Of a stretch of DNA of 64,000 bases, positions 54,097-64,000 are shown one piece after another. The stretch comes from a virus (taxonomy: Duplodnaviria; Caudoviricetes), in the IMG/VR virus record IMGVR_UViG_3300025314_000006; one strand, written 5' to 3'. Under the pieces are notes generated by a model, which searched no databases, had not been told where the DNA came from, and worked only from the letters and a program-made list of their open reading frames with translations. The number at the start of each line of letters is the position of its first letter. Position 1 is the first letter of the stretch. Made by a program: the position numbers and the translations under genes.

Positions 54097-57000
54097 TTAT
54101 TTTATTCTTGCTTGATAGAATCCTCCAATATCGTCAGCGAGAGGAGCATTACTTCCACTTGTAGACTCACCCCAATTTCCGACTATGTTGAAACTCAGGG
54201 TCGCAACACACCACATAGGCTGAACTCGGCCACCAGAGCCATCTATAGACCAAGGTGAGTCATCATATGAAAACGAAATATTATTTATAATAACATCATA
54301 GTTGAACCAATCACCTAATTTTAAATGACTTACAGGTGGATATGTAAAAGAAAATCCTTTGCCAGAAGTATTTCTTGATGGTCTAGTAAGTTTGGATAAA
54401 AATTCCATTCTTGTTAAGAAATCTACTTTATCACCGGAAAAGAAAGCTGGCTGAAACATAAGATCTTTTTTCATTTCTTTTAATCTTTCTTTGGTTTCCT
54501 TAGTTTTTAAAGAAATGTCCCCAGAAGAATTAGTTTCTTCTCCACCTTTAATTAATTCTCTATAAATTTTTCCACCTTCATCTCCATATTTACGATTTCC
54601 CACATTTGAAGAATTATCTTTTTGTTTAGCTTCTAAATTTGAAATTTCGGAATTCAATTCACTTATTTGAGATTTTAAAGTAGAAGTGTTTCCAACATCA
54701 TCAGATGCTATAGCTAATAATTGAGCGTTATATTCAGATATTTGTTTCTTCTTATTTTTTATTTCTACTTCAATATTATCATTTGCTGTATTTATTCCAT
54801 TTTCCGATTCAAAATGTTTACTAAAAGTTTCTGAATATGTTGTTGAATCTTCCCAATTAACACCAACATCAACAGTTTGAGAATAATCAGTTAAAACAAA
54901 AAAGGATATGGAGCCTTCTCTATTTGAATTAGAATAAGTATAAATTGGCTCCGGTCTTCCAAGAAAATCTACCTTATTCCAATTTGCACTATCGCTATTT
55001 GAAAAAGACTTAACATATGGAGGAAAACTCATTGTATGATTAAGAGTAGAATCCCCATTTTGAATAGCGTAATTTTTTATTCTCAATTCAAGGGTCCCAG
55101 CATCTTTACTTGGTTTATAGGGATTGGCTATTGTATATCTGGCATAAGCTTTTTTAGCATTTGGGTCAGCACTAATTAAAAATTTTTTAGTTCTTTGATT
55201 ATAATTTTTAGATAAATCTATTCCTTCTGTTCCGGGAGCATTCTTTATTGTATTTATAATATGAGTAACGCCTCTTTCATGTTTATTAAAATCAACAGCA
55301 ATTGCATCTCCTGGAACTGTGTTTGACATCATAGAAATAGCCGTTCCTATTTCTCCATTTGTTGGTTTTAACAATTGTGTAACAGGAGATATTCCATCAG
55401 AATATTCCCCCGGAGATTGTAATCCTACATATGTTCCACCCTTAGCGCTAACTACTCCTGCTGGAGTTGAATTAGTAGATAATACTTTTTCGTTTTTAAG
55501 CGTACTGTTAGATAATGATAACAGCTCTTTAAACCCTCCAGCGTTATGTCCATTTAATATACTGTATCCATCTAATAAATCATCATATCTATTCCTGAAA
55601 ACATTTTTCTGTAAATTATAAAGTTGAGCAGCATTGGTTATTTTCGCTAAAGGAATTCCAGAATCTGGTTTTGTTTCAAGCCCATAAATTGGTTTTAAAT
55701 TTTTGGTTGCGTCAAGTATTGTTCCTTTAAATTTCATAAGCTCTCTTATTGGAGCGCTCATAATTTCTAAATTAGATACACCTACAAATGTGCTTGTTCC
55801 TCCCATCATTAAAGAAGTACCAAGACCATTAGAATTTCCATTTTTTGTTAATAAATTATGTCTAGTAGCATTTGCAATAGTTATTATAGTATTTGGTCTA
55901 TCAACATTTTTAGATAATAGAGAATTTCTTGTACCTACAGAATCAGATTCTAAGCTTAAATATTGAGGAACATTTGCTGATAATAAATCATTTCTTATAC
56001 TTAATGAATTCTGATCTAAATCAATATTATTTACGACATTACTCGCCAATAATGCATTTCTTGAAATTAGTGCATCTCCATCTAAATCAATAACTACAGG
56101 AACGTTTGCAGCAAGAAGAGCTCCTCTCGGAACCGCAGATAAAACATCTAAATCTGTATTTGACGGAACATTACTAGATAATAATGTGTCTCTTAGAATT
56201 ATTGAATTAGCGTCCAAATCAATATTGTTTGGTACATTGCTTGCCAATAATGAATCTCTTGGAATTACTGAATTTGCGTCTAAGTCAATATTATTTGGAA
56301 CATTACTTGCTAATAGCGTGTTTCTTGGAGCAGTTGAGTTCGCATCTAAATCGATATTCACTGGAACGTTGTTTGCCAATAATGTATTTCTCGGAACAGT
56401 TGAGTTTGCATCTAAATCTATATTCGCTGGAACGTTACTTGATAACAAATTTTCTCTTGCAGTTGTTGAGTTAGAATCTAAGTTAGTATTCGCTGGCACA
56501 TTACTTGCTAATAATGAATCTCTTGGAACAGTTGAGCTTGCATCTAAATCTATATTCGCTGGAACGTTACTTGATAACAAATTTTCTCTCGTAGTCGTTG
56601 AGTTCGAATCTAAATTAACATTCGCTGTCACATTTGCTGAAAGTAATCCATCTCTTGTAATTGTTGAGTTCGCGTCTAAATTAACTTTTGACGGCACATT
56701 TGATGATAGTAAACTTTCTCTTGTTACTGTCGACTTTGAATCTAAATTAATATTCGGTGCCACATTTGATGACAATAAACTATCTCTTGTAGCTGTTGAA
56801 TTTGCGTCTAAATTAGCACTTATAGGAACATTTGACGACAACAAACTATCCCTTGAGATTGTTGAGTTTGCGTCTAAATCAATTTTTGATTGTACATTTG
56901 ATAACAACAAGCTATCCCTTATGGCGGTTGAATTTGCATCTAAGTCAATTTTTTTAGATACATTACTCGATAATAAATTATCTCTTGTAGAAACTGCAGA

Positions 57001-57747
57001 TAAATCAAGATTTATGTTTTTCTCTATATTTTTAAATTCCTGAGCTTCTCTGAACTGGGATGAATCTTTGTCGATATCAATTTTACCTTCAATATTTTTA
57101 GATAAGGAAGCATTTCTTAATTTTAAAGACTCATTATCAATATTGATGTTGGACTTAATATTTGAGCCCAACATTTCTTCTCTTGTTGATATTGCTTTTG
57201 ATTCTAAGTCTAAATTAGCCGGCACATTGCTCGATAATAAATTCTCTCTTACGCTAACAGATTTATCATCAAGATTTATCTTTTTCTCTACGTTATGAGA
57301 AATATTTGAATTTCTTGCATCTTTTGATTGAATATCTAAATTTGTTTCATGAGGAATGTTTTTTGATAATAGATTTTCTCTCACTGAGTCAGATAACTCT
57401 TCTAATCCAACAGAAGATTTAAGTAAACTATTTTTTGAAATTTGTGATTGTCTATAATTTTCTCCAGATATGTCTAAATCGATTTGTTTTTCTACATGTT
57501 TAGAAATCATTGTATTTCTGATGTTTGTAGAATTTTCATCAAGATTCGCTGTAAAAGTTGACTCGTTTTTTGCGAGCATTGTTTTTCTCGTTTCTGTATA
57601 CAAAACATCATAAAGATTCTCCGGCCTCTTTACGTTTTTTGACAAAAGGGTTTTTCTAACTTCAGCAGAATATTGTCCAAAGAAGTGTTCTAACTTCTCA
57701 CGAGCTTGTTGTTCTTCAAATGTTTCGTCATAATATTCTGTTGACAT
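54097..57747 (-). CDS. Baseplate/tail-tube-initiator-like protein with ~27 tandem 22-aa repeats
   Basis: C-terminal SFPPYVKSFSNSDSANWNKVDFLGRPEPIYTY motif; N-terminal LLSSNVPANIDLDANSTxxR repeats. Confidence 0.65.
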   Translation of the reverse strand: MSTEYYDETFEEQQAREKLEHFFGQYSAEVRKTLLSKNVKRPENLYDVLYTETRKTMLAKNESTFTANLDENSTNIRNTMISKHVEKQIDLDISGENYRQSQISKNSLLKSSVGLEELSDSVRENLLSKNIPHETNLDIQSKDARNSNISHNVEKKINLDDKSVSVRENLLSSNVPANLDLESKAISTREEMLGSNIKSNINIDNESLKLRNASLSKNIEGKIDIDKDSSQFREAQEFKNIEKNINLDLSAVSTRDNLLSSNVSKKIDLDANSTAIRDSLLLSNVQSKIDLDANSTISRDSLLSSNVPISANLDANSTATRDSLLSSNVAPNINLDSKSTVTRESLLSSNVPSKVNLDANSTITRDGLLSANVTANVNLDSNSTTTRENLLSSNVPANIDLDASSTVPRDSLLASNVPANTNLDSNSTTARENLLSSNVPANIDLDANSTVPRNTLLANNVPVNIDLDANSTAPRNTLLASNVPNNIDLDANSVIPRDSLLASNVPNNIDLDANSIILRDTLLSSNVPSNTDLDVLSAVPRGALLAANVPVVIDLDGDALISRNALLASNVVNNIDLDQNSLSIRNDLLSANVPQYLSLESDSVGTRNSLLSKNVDRPNTIITIANATRHNLLTKNGNSNGLGTSLMMGGTSTFVGVSNLEIMSAPIRELMKFKGTILDATKNLKPIYGLETKPDSGIPLAKITNAAQLYNLQKNVFRNRYDDLLDGYSILNGHNAGGFKELLSLSNSTLKNEKVLSTNSTPAGVVSAKGGTYVGLQSPGEYSDGISPVTQLLKPTNGEIGTAISMMSNTVPGDAIAVDFNKHERGVTHIINTIKNAPGTEGIDLSKNYNQRTKKFLISADPNAKKAYARYTIANPYKPSKDAGTLELRIKNYAIQNGDSTLNHTMSFPPYVKSFSNSDSANWNKVDFLGRPEPIYTYSNSNREGSISFFVLTDYSQTVDVGVNWEDSTTYSETFSKHFESENGINTANDNIEVEIKNKKKQISEYNAQLLAIASDDVGNTSTLKSQISELNSEISNLEAKQKDNSSNVGNRKYGDEGGKIYRELIKGGEETNSSGDISLKTKETKERLKEMKKDLMFQPAFFSGDKVDFLTRMEFLSKLTRPSRNTSGKGFSFTYPPVSHLKLGDWFNYDVIINNISFSYDDSPWSIDGSGGRVQPMWCVATLSFNIVGNWGESTSGSNAPLADDIGGFYQARIK
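55838..57650 (-). repeat. Coding tandem repeat, 66-nt unit, about 27 copies
   Basis: Units counted in the translation; also produces the antisense shadow ORF 56186-57043. Confidence 0.85.
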
Positions 57748-57968
57748 AATAAAAATCTTTTATTTAAATTAAATAGGAATGGATAATTTTTTGAGATTGA
57801 GATTGTTTTAGGAAATTATGAATTGGGAATTTGATTTTTTGATGGTGATAAACAGTTTTTTGGGGATTTTACGGCTCGGTAATGGGTGGATTTTACATTT
57901 TTATTTTGCTGAGCTTGACATGTTAGGATTTTTCTTATATATTTACATGAAACATAAATGATTTATAA

Positions 57969-58172
57969 ATGGAAACTATAAAAAAACAAAAAAGAGTTTT
58001 TAACTTTAATTTACCAGATGATCTAAGAGAGTATCTTAAATATAAAGCTAGTTTAAAAAGAACAACAATATCACAACACATTATTGATTTAATTGTTTCT
58101 GATATGGAAATTGAGAAACAAAAAATAACTAAAAATATTAATTGGGGAATAAACAATGAAAGTAAAAACTAA
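57969..58172 (+). CDS. Ribbon-helix-helix DNA-binding protein
   Basis: RVFNFNLPDDLREYLKYKA...TISQHIIDLI pattern. Confidence 0.65.
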   Translation: METIKKQKRVFNFNLPDDLREYLKYKASLKRTTISQHIIDLIVSDMEIEKQKITKNINWGINNESKN

Positions 58173-59457
58173 ATTCACACTAAATGAAGTATTAGACACT
58201 TTAAAAGAAAAGAAACTCAATAGAGACGAGTATTCGTTATTGTATAGTAGCTATGAAACACAGATTGGCAAAGATGGTTATCTGCAATTCAAATTAACAG
58301 AAAAAGATAATTGGAAAAATGTTCATACGCTCGTTAATCAATATTTTAATTCGGAAGAGCACGATAAAAAACATATAGAGCTAATAGAAACTAAAATCGA
58401 AAAATGTTTAGTGACTCATCATGTTAATTTTTTTGAGAAAGAAAACAAGATAAATAATCATCCGGATAACTTATTGTGGTTAGGACTGGATGAACATAGG
58501 ATTTTACATGAGAAAATAATGTGTGAGGTAGTTGACAAAATGTGGAATCCCGAAAATACTGAATACTGTAATTTTGAAGTGCAGAGAGAAAAAATAAAAT
58601 TAGCAGCATCTGAAAATGGTAGAAAGCATTTTGAAATATTGTGGCACGGAGAAAATAATGAAGAGTTTAGAGCAAAAATATTACCTATTCTAATCGAAAA
58701 TGGTAAAAAAATAATGAATGAAAATTGGCATGGAGAAAATAGTGAAGTGTTTAGAGAAAAAATGAAATTAATCAAGAGTGAAAACAATTATGAATTATGG
58801 CACGGAGAAAATAGTGAAGTGTTTAGAACTAAAATATTACCTACTCAAATTGAGAATGGGAAAAAAATAATGAATGAAAGATGGCATGGAGAAAATAATG
58901 AAGAGTACAGAAAAAAAATGAAATTAATCCGTAGTGAAAATAATTATGAATTATGGCACGGAGAAAATAATAAAGAGTTTAGAACAAAAATGAAACCATT
59001 TCAAATCGAATCTGGCAAAAAAGTAATGAAGGAATTATGGCATGGAGAAAACAACGAAGAATTCAGAGAAAAAATGTTAACTGTTGCTATAAATAATATT
59101 TCTGAACATAATGATACTTTTTGGAATGGTGAAGATAATAAATTAAGAAGAAAAGAGCAGAGCGAAAGAATAAAGGGAATATCAGAAAATTTTTGGTACG
59201 GAGAAAATAATGAAGAAAATCGTAAAAATCATGCAGAGAGATTGTCGAAAAGAAATGCTGACCCAGAACATAAACGAAAAGTAATAGAAGGTAAGATATT
59301 TAAAATTTTCAAAAAAATATTAGAAGCAGGAGAAGAAATCTCAAATGAAACTTTCATTAAATACAAATTTAATGGAGCTCCATACCCAATAACTGTTTTT
59401 GGTTCTATAGAAATTGCTATAGAAAAACTAAAAGATTATCATGAAAAGGTTAAATAA
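58156..59457 (+). CDS. HNH-type endonuclease with tandem WHGEN repeats
   Basis: VTHHVNFFEKENKINNHPDNLLWL...EHRILH; 6 near-perfect and 3 degenerate WHGENxExFR repeats. Confidence 0.7.
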   Translation: MKVKTKFTLNEVLDTLKEKKLNRDEYSLLYSSYETQIGKDGYLQFKLTEKDNWKNVHTLVNQYFNSEEHDKKHIELIETKIEKCLVTHHVNFFEKENKINNHPDNLLWLGLDEHRILHEKIMCEVVDKMWNPENTEYCNFEVQREKIKLAASENGRKHFEILWHGENNEEFRAKILPILIENGKKIMNENWHGENSEVFREKMKLIKSENNYELWHGENSEVFRTKILPTQIENGKKIMNERWHGENNEEYRKKMKLIRSENNYELWHGENNKEFRTKMKPFQIESGKKVMKELWHGENNEEFREKMLTVAINNISEHNDTFWNGEDNKLRRKEQSERIKGISENFWYGENNEENRKNHAERLSKRNADPEHKRKVIEGKIFKIFKKILEAGEEISNETFIKYKFNGAPYPITVFGSIEIAIEKLKDYHEKVK

Positions 59458-59459
59458 CA

Positions 59460-62400
59460 CTAACTCACAAGCTTAGTATCTTCAATCACGAGATTTTGAA
59501 TTTCGCGCCCGTTGAGGCGTAAGTTTATTGTTATTGGTGCAATTTTTACAGTTTGTTCTGTTTGTCCTTTTTCAGAACTTCCACCAAAAACTGCATTTGC
59601 TAAACCAGAAATAGCTGAAGCGGTTGAAAGACGTTCAGCAGCTGAGGCCATATTATTTAATTTTTCAACATCAAGTCCCTTAACTGCTTCTTTTAATTTT
59701 CCAATTCCTTCTGCCATAGAATTTGTTGCAATAGCTGATATTTGCATTGCTGGAGCTAAAATAACCATAACAGCAGCAAGACTTCCAAGCGCAAATGACA
59801 TCATCAATAATCCAGGAATAGCAAATAAACCAATTCCAGCAAGACCTAATAATCCAGGAAGAATAGAAACCAATGCGCTTCCCATTCCTGAAAATCCATT
59901 CCAATCTACAGTTGACATAGCGTTAAATCCAGATGCAGCAACTAATAAAGAAGCCCCAAATAACATTAATGATAAACCGGCAATTGCAAGAGCTCCTGCT
60001 CCAAAAAGAAAAGCAAGACCAGCAGGAGTCATCATAATTGCACCAATTCCAGCAAGAGCTAACACTGCAAGTGCTGCCATTCCAATAGAAATAAGCATTT
60101 GCGACCAAGGTATTCCTGCCATCATTTGCATTGCAAATGCGAATGGTATTAAAGCAACGGACATAACAAGCATAGCAAAACTTCCTTTTAGAATATCTCC
60201 GGAACTTATTTTCCCCATTATTTTACTCATAATCCACATAGCCCCAGCTAATTCAACTAAAGAGAATCCAAATGCCACTAATAATACTGGATTTATAGAA
60301 GAAAACACAGCAGCTAAAATACCAAGTGAACCACCAATTAACAAAACTGATATTGCTAATGTACCAGCACCTTGTATTATTTTTTTAGAATTAGCTCCAC
60401 CAAATGCTTTTAATCCTGATGCTATACTCTCTAAAAAACCTCCAGGTTTTTTACCTTCCGGAACTTCTCCAGCACCTTTAACTTTTGGCATGCCGTAACT
60501 TCTTGGTTTAAATACTTTTTCAGCACCACCTCCAAATAATTTTCCTGTAATACCTTTAATGCTACCTAATAATTTTGTAAAAGCACTACCTCCAAACGCC
60601 AAATATAAAGCAGCGGTTAGAGCGATTATTGCACCTACAATTTGTCCTCCACCACCAAATATTTCATCCCATCCTTTTTGAAGTAAGGAAAATCCAGAAG
60701 TTATTACGTTTAAAACCCAACCTATACCTTTTAAAACTGGCTCAAACACAGTCATTGTTGCTAAAAGAGAAGTCACAAAACTATCAAAACTTTGTTTCAT
60801 AGATTGATTTGCAATATTTCTCGCTTCTAAATCAGTAGCATCATTTACTGCTTTTTCTCTAGCTATTTTAATCATTTCTGGAGTTAATTTTGATAAATCT
60901 GTAACTCCACCAACATCTAATTTTATTTCACCTTTATCTCCTATACTTGATAAGTTCGTTATAAACTCTTGGTCTTCAGGAGATAACCCCTGAAGTGTTG
61001 AACCTAATAAATCTATTTTTTTATTTTTTAAAGCAGCTTGTGATATATAATTATACATTTCATCAGTTGATAAATGTAATGCTTCTGCAGCCATTGCTAA
61101 TCTTTTTTTATCTACTGGGTTGATTTGAAATTTTCCATCTTTATTAATTTCTCCAATATCTGCCCCTAATTTACTAATCATATCTATCATAGCATCGCCG
61201 CCCTCTTGGGAGGCGCTCATGAGTGAAAAAGGATCAACGTTTGCAAACGATCCTCCCACGAGCTGAAGTTGTGCGGCTGAATCGATCGAATTTTCTAAAT
61301 TCATCTGGAAAGCCTCTGTTACCTTTAGAATAGAGTCCATTGATACTCCCATTTTTTCTGCTTTTACAGCCATTTTAGCTAATGATGCCTCTCCTTCTTT
61401 AAATCCCATTTTTTGCCATCTTGGTAATTCTTTTGCAATTTCAGAAGTCACCTTCGATACGTTTACTCCATAAATTTTAGAAGTTTTTGCTATGTTAGTA
61501 AACATATTTTTAATATCTTCTGTGGAAGAACCCAAAAACTTCATTTGTCCAACTATTCCATTAACTTCTTCTCCTGTAGCTCCAAGAGCTCCTGGAATTG
61601 CTTGAAATTGTTTTGCGAGTTCAGCTACTGCTGGAATATTATTTGTTTTAAGAGTATTAGCTAATTGTTCAACGTTTTTAAAAGATTCTTCAGTACTAAC
61701 TCCAAATTGTGCACCATTAGATACTAAGGATGACATAGACTCAGAAGTCGCTCTAATTTGGTCACCGGTTACACTAAATTTTCTTTGAATGTCTGATAAT
61801 TTATCATCAAACATCATTAAAGTATCAACTATTTTTTGTGGACTTATATTTTGTGCGAAATTTTTTCCAATTTTTGTTAAAGCATTTGATAAAGAGAAAA
61901 CTTTTTTATTGGCTTCTTCTAATTCTGCTGTTGCTTTTTTTAAATCTTTATTAATTTCTATAAGTCCTTCTGGTCCATTTTTTTTAAAAAAATCAGAAAG
62001 ACCGTCTTTATCTTTTAATTTATTCGTTATTTTTTTAAAAGCACTTAACCCATCTTCTCCCCACTTATCTATAAAAGCACTAAAATCTTTTGTTTTTAAA
62101 GCCTCCGCTAAGGCTTTTCCCATGTCTGGCGTTTTTTTTGAAAAATCTTTTACTAATTTTTCTAAGTTCCCAGTATTTCCGTAAATTGCTTTTTTAAAGT
62201 CTTTATTTAAAACTTCTGCAGATTCATTAAAAGCTTCCTTTAATATATCAACCTCTTTTGTCATCTTTGAAATATCTTCAGCAGAAGAATTCATTTTAAC
62301 AAAAAAATCACTTTTATTTATTCCTATTATAGCATTAGATATTGAATTAAAATTTTCGTCTGATTTTTCAATGTCAGCAGAAAAGTCATAACCTGATTTT

Positions 62401-62489
62401 TGCATATCGGACATCAATTTTGCTATCTTAGATGCTCTTTTTTCATCTGATGCACTAAATTTTCCGCTATCGTTATTTTGCTTTGCCAT
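59460..62489 (-). CDS. Tail tape measure protein
   Basis: 1009 aa, Ala/Gly-rich helical, long hydrophobic C-terminal half; adjacent to baseplate genes. Confidence 0.8.
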   Translation of the reverse strand: MAKQNNDSGKFSASDEKRASKIAKLMSDMQKSGYDFSADIEKSDENFNSISNAIIGINKSDFFVKMNSSAEDISKMTKEVDILKEAFNESAEVLNKDFKKAIYGNTGNLEKLVKDFSKKTPDMGKALAEALKTKDFSAFIDKWGEDGLSAFKKITNKLKDKDGLSDFFKKNGPEGLIEINKDLKKATAELEEANKKVFSLSNALTKIGKNFAQNISPQKIVDTLMMFDDKLSDIQRKFSVTGDQIRATSESMSSLVSNGAQFGVSTEESFKNVEQLANTLKTNNIPAVAELAKQFQAIPGALGATGEEVNGIVGQMKFLGSSTEDIKNMFTNIAKTSKIYGVNVSKVTSEIAKELPRWQKMGFKEGEASLAKMAVKAEKMGVSMDSILKVTEAFQMNLENSIDSAAQLQLVGGSFANVDPFSLMSASQEGGDAMIDMISKLGADIGEINKDGKFQINPVDKKRLAMAAEALHLSTDEMYNYISQAALKNKKIDLLGSTLQGLSPEDQEFITNLSSIGDKGEIKLDVGGVTDLSKLTPEMIKIAREKAVNDATDLEARNIANQSMKQSFDSFVTSLLATMTVFEPVLKGIGWVLNVITSGFSLLQKGWDEIFGGGGQIVGAIIALTAALYLAFGGSAFTKLLGSIKGITGKLFGGGAEKVFKPRSYGMPKVKGAGEVPEGKKPGGFLESIASGLKAFGGANSKKIIQGAGTLAISVLLIGGSLGILAAVFSSINPVLLVAFGFSLVELAGAMWIMSKIMGKISSGDILKGSFAMLVMSVALIPFAFAMQMMAGIPWSQMLISIGMAALAVLALAGIGAIMMTPAGLAFLFGAGALAIAGLSLMLFGASLLVAASGFNAMSTVDWNGFSGMGSALVSILPGLLGLAGIGLFAIPGLLMMSFALGSLAAVMVILAPAMQISAIATNSMAEGIGKLKEAVKGLDVEKLNNMASAAERLSTASAISGLANAVFGGSSEKGQTEQTVKIAPITINLRLNGREIQNLVIEDTKLVS

Positions 62490-62514
62490 ATCTATAAAAT
62501 AAATAACTAAAAAT

Positions 62515-62543
62515 AAAAAACCAAGCCTTATGAGCTTGGTTTT
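62515..62543. terminator. Intrinsic terminator hairpin
   Basis: AAAAAACCAAGC-CTTATGA-GCTTGGTTTT. Confidence 0.7.
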
Positions 62544-62565
62544 AATTTAAATATATTGCAATATC

Positions 62566-63414
62566 TTATTTTTTCCCATACAACTCTTTTAGCTTGTCGT
62601 ATTTTCCAGATGTAGAGCACATCGAGAGTTGCCCATCCAAATACTCAAAAGCTTCTCTTTCATTGTTTGACATTGGTTTTTGAAAGTTTGAATATGTAGC
62701 AAACCCAGTTTTGCCCATCTCTTCCATTTTATTAGTAGTTGATTTCTGACAAAGGACTCCATCTCTAAATTCAAAAGCTTCTTTTATGTTATTGTAGTTT
62801 CCGTTTTCGAAATTAGAATAATTTTTCATATTAGAATGAGCTCCGGTCAAAACTAATAAAGAAGAGAAAAATCCAATAACTATTGTTATTAATACAATTA
62901 AACTCAATACAATTGAAAGGAATTTATTTAAATATAAATAATTACTAGTAAATTCCAAATATTCTCTTTGGTTATAAAAAACTGTTTGTCCATAATATAT
63001 TATTGCAAAAAACGATACAAATCTAAAAACTCCCAACCAAGGAGAATAAGAATTTGGAAAAGCGAATAATGATTTATAAATGAAAACAAATGGAAAAACA
63101 GGAATAGATTTTATTATTTCTATTATTCTGTCTCTTCTAAGTTCTTTAAGTAATTCTTCTCCTGCTTTTTTTATTTCTTCAGGACTCATTTTTGATGATT
63201 TGCTTGTTTTTTTATTTTCATCTTGAGTATTTTCTGACTTTGTAAATATTCCGGAAAGCAACACATAGATAACATAAAGAGGATAAGTAATAAGCCTGAA
63301 TGTAAACATTAAGGCATACACAAAAGAAAATGGTTCCTTTACAACTTTTTCTTGTGTTTTAGAACGAGGCTTTTTAACTTTTGTTTTTTTAGATATTTTT
63401 GTTGTTGTTTTCAT
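62566..63414 (-). CDS. Membrane protein
   Basis: Several hydrophobic segments. Confidence 0.6.
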   Translation of the reverse strand: MKTTTKISKKTKVKKPRSKTQEKVVKEPFSFVYALMFTFRLITYPLYVIYVLLSGIFTKSENTQDENKKTSKSSKMSPEEIKKAGEELLKELRRDRIIEIIKSIPVFPFVFIYKSLFAFPNSYSPWLGVFRFVSFFAIIYYGQTVFYNQREYLEFTSNYLYLNKFLSIVLSLIVLITIVIGFFSSLLVLTGAHSNMKNYSNFENGNYNNIKEAFEFRDGVLCQKSTTNKMEEMGKTGFATYSNFQKPMSNNEREAFEYLDGQLSMCSTSGKYDKLKELYGKK

Positions 63415-63564
63415 AATTGTTGTTCTTTTTATGATTAAACGTAAAAATAGAACAAATGTTGCAAGATTAATAAATATAAAAAATATAATTAGCCAGCTCT
63501 TTTTTATTTAGTGCTTTTATAGAAAACAATGTTTTTCTGAAGAAATTAAAAGTTAATCTTATAA

Positions 63565-63981
63565 TTAATTTGGAAGTCTATACATTAACATACCCATTCG
63601 GTTAACGTCATTTGTTTCTTCAAAATTAAATTTTTTATAAAATTTTATAAGTCGATTTGTATCAGAACCATAAAAATCAGATGCTCTTAGTTTAATTTCT
63701 AAATTATTTTTATCAGCAAATTTTGTTATTTTTTCAAATAACACCGTTCCACTCCCTCTTTCTAAATCAGTTTTTATGACAAAATCGTCTATCCATAAAA
63801 CATATTGATTATTTTCTTTTTTAATTTTATATTCTATCTTACTTTCAGCTTGTTTATTGATAAAATTATTAAAAAACTCACCACTTATCTCATAAGTGTG
63901 TTCATCATAATTTTCAGTGTCTATTTGTTTATAACCACAATTACTACACCTTTCAGAACCTGTTGGAAAAGAATTTTTCAT
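63565..63981 (-). CDS. GNAT-family acetyltransferase
   Basis: ERGSGTVLF...LIKFYKKFNF. Confidence 0.7.
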   Translation of the reverse strand: MKNSFPTGSERCSNCGYKQIDTENYDEHTYEISGEFFNNFINKQAESKIEYKIKKENNQYVLWIDDFVIKTDLERGSGTVLFEKITKFADKNNLEIKLRASDFYGSDTNRLIKFYKKFNFEETNDVNRMGMLMYRLPN

Positions 63982-64000
63982 TCCACAGGTTTGACAAAAA

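Noticed and set aside
56186-57043. 285-aa plus-strand ORF
   Set aside because: Antisense shadow of the 66-nt coding repeat
57780-57930. C-poor intergenic tract as a replication origin
   Set aside because: Strand skew alone is insufficient, and no iterons or DnaA boxes were recognised
59512-60498. 328-aa plus-strand ORF
   Set aside because: Antisense shadow of the Ala/Gly-rich tape measure gene
62489-63414. Tail assembly chaperone with programmed frameshift upstream of the tape measure gene
   Set aside because: The upstream gene is a membrane protein separated by a terminator, and no slippery-site pair was seen
1-64000. Stop-codon recoding (code 15 or code 4), common in some jumbo phages
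   Set aside because: Long ORFs are intact in code 11, TAG and TGA end plausible full-length genes (for example polA and the tape measure gene), and no suppressor tRNA is seen

Overview
AT-rich window from a large (jumbo-type) myophage, very probably infecting Bacteroidota: TTTG-N19-21-TAnnTTTG promoters are present and the standard genetic code fits. Positions 1.5-14 kb hold minus-strand tRNA operons (21 canonical tRNAs plus one atypical Arg-ACG element). Interleaved with them are an RNase P RNA with a reduced specificity domain, several unexplained structured RNAs, homing endonucleases and tRNA-repair-type enzymes. The strongest novel signal is three ribosome-dependent attenuators (leader ORF, antiterminator, intrinsic terminator) directly upstream of the tRNA blocks. 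The codons of each leader match the amino acids of the tRNAs it precedes: leader 1 covers T/I/W/A/V/M/P/G/Y/C/D/R, leader 2 covers N/H/F/S/K, and leader 3 is Lys-rich ahead of three tRNA-Lys genes. This suggests a phage sensor of charged-tRNA depletion that switches on replacement tRNAs. The second signal is two paralogous cassettes in which a small protein gene runs into a cas-less CRISPR-like mini-array (36-nt repeats, 30-33-nt spacers), with the first repeat inside the coding sequence. Also present: a split RlmN-like radical SAM enzyme, a gp41-1-like split intein in DnaB with an intervening endonuclease, class II RNR, RecA, PolA, a 5'-3' exonuclease, an SNF2-like helicase, lysis genes, putative protease-processed virion polyproteins, and baseplate and tape-measure genes. 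All family assignments come from motif recognition by eye; no searches were run.
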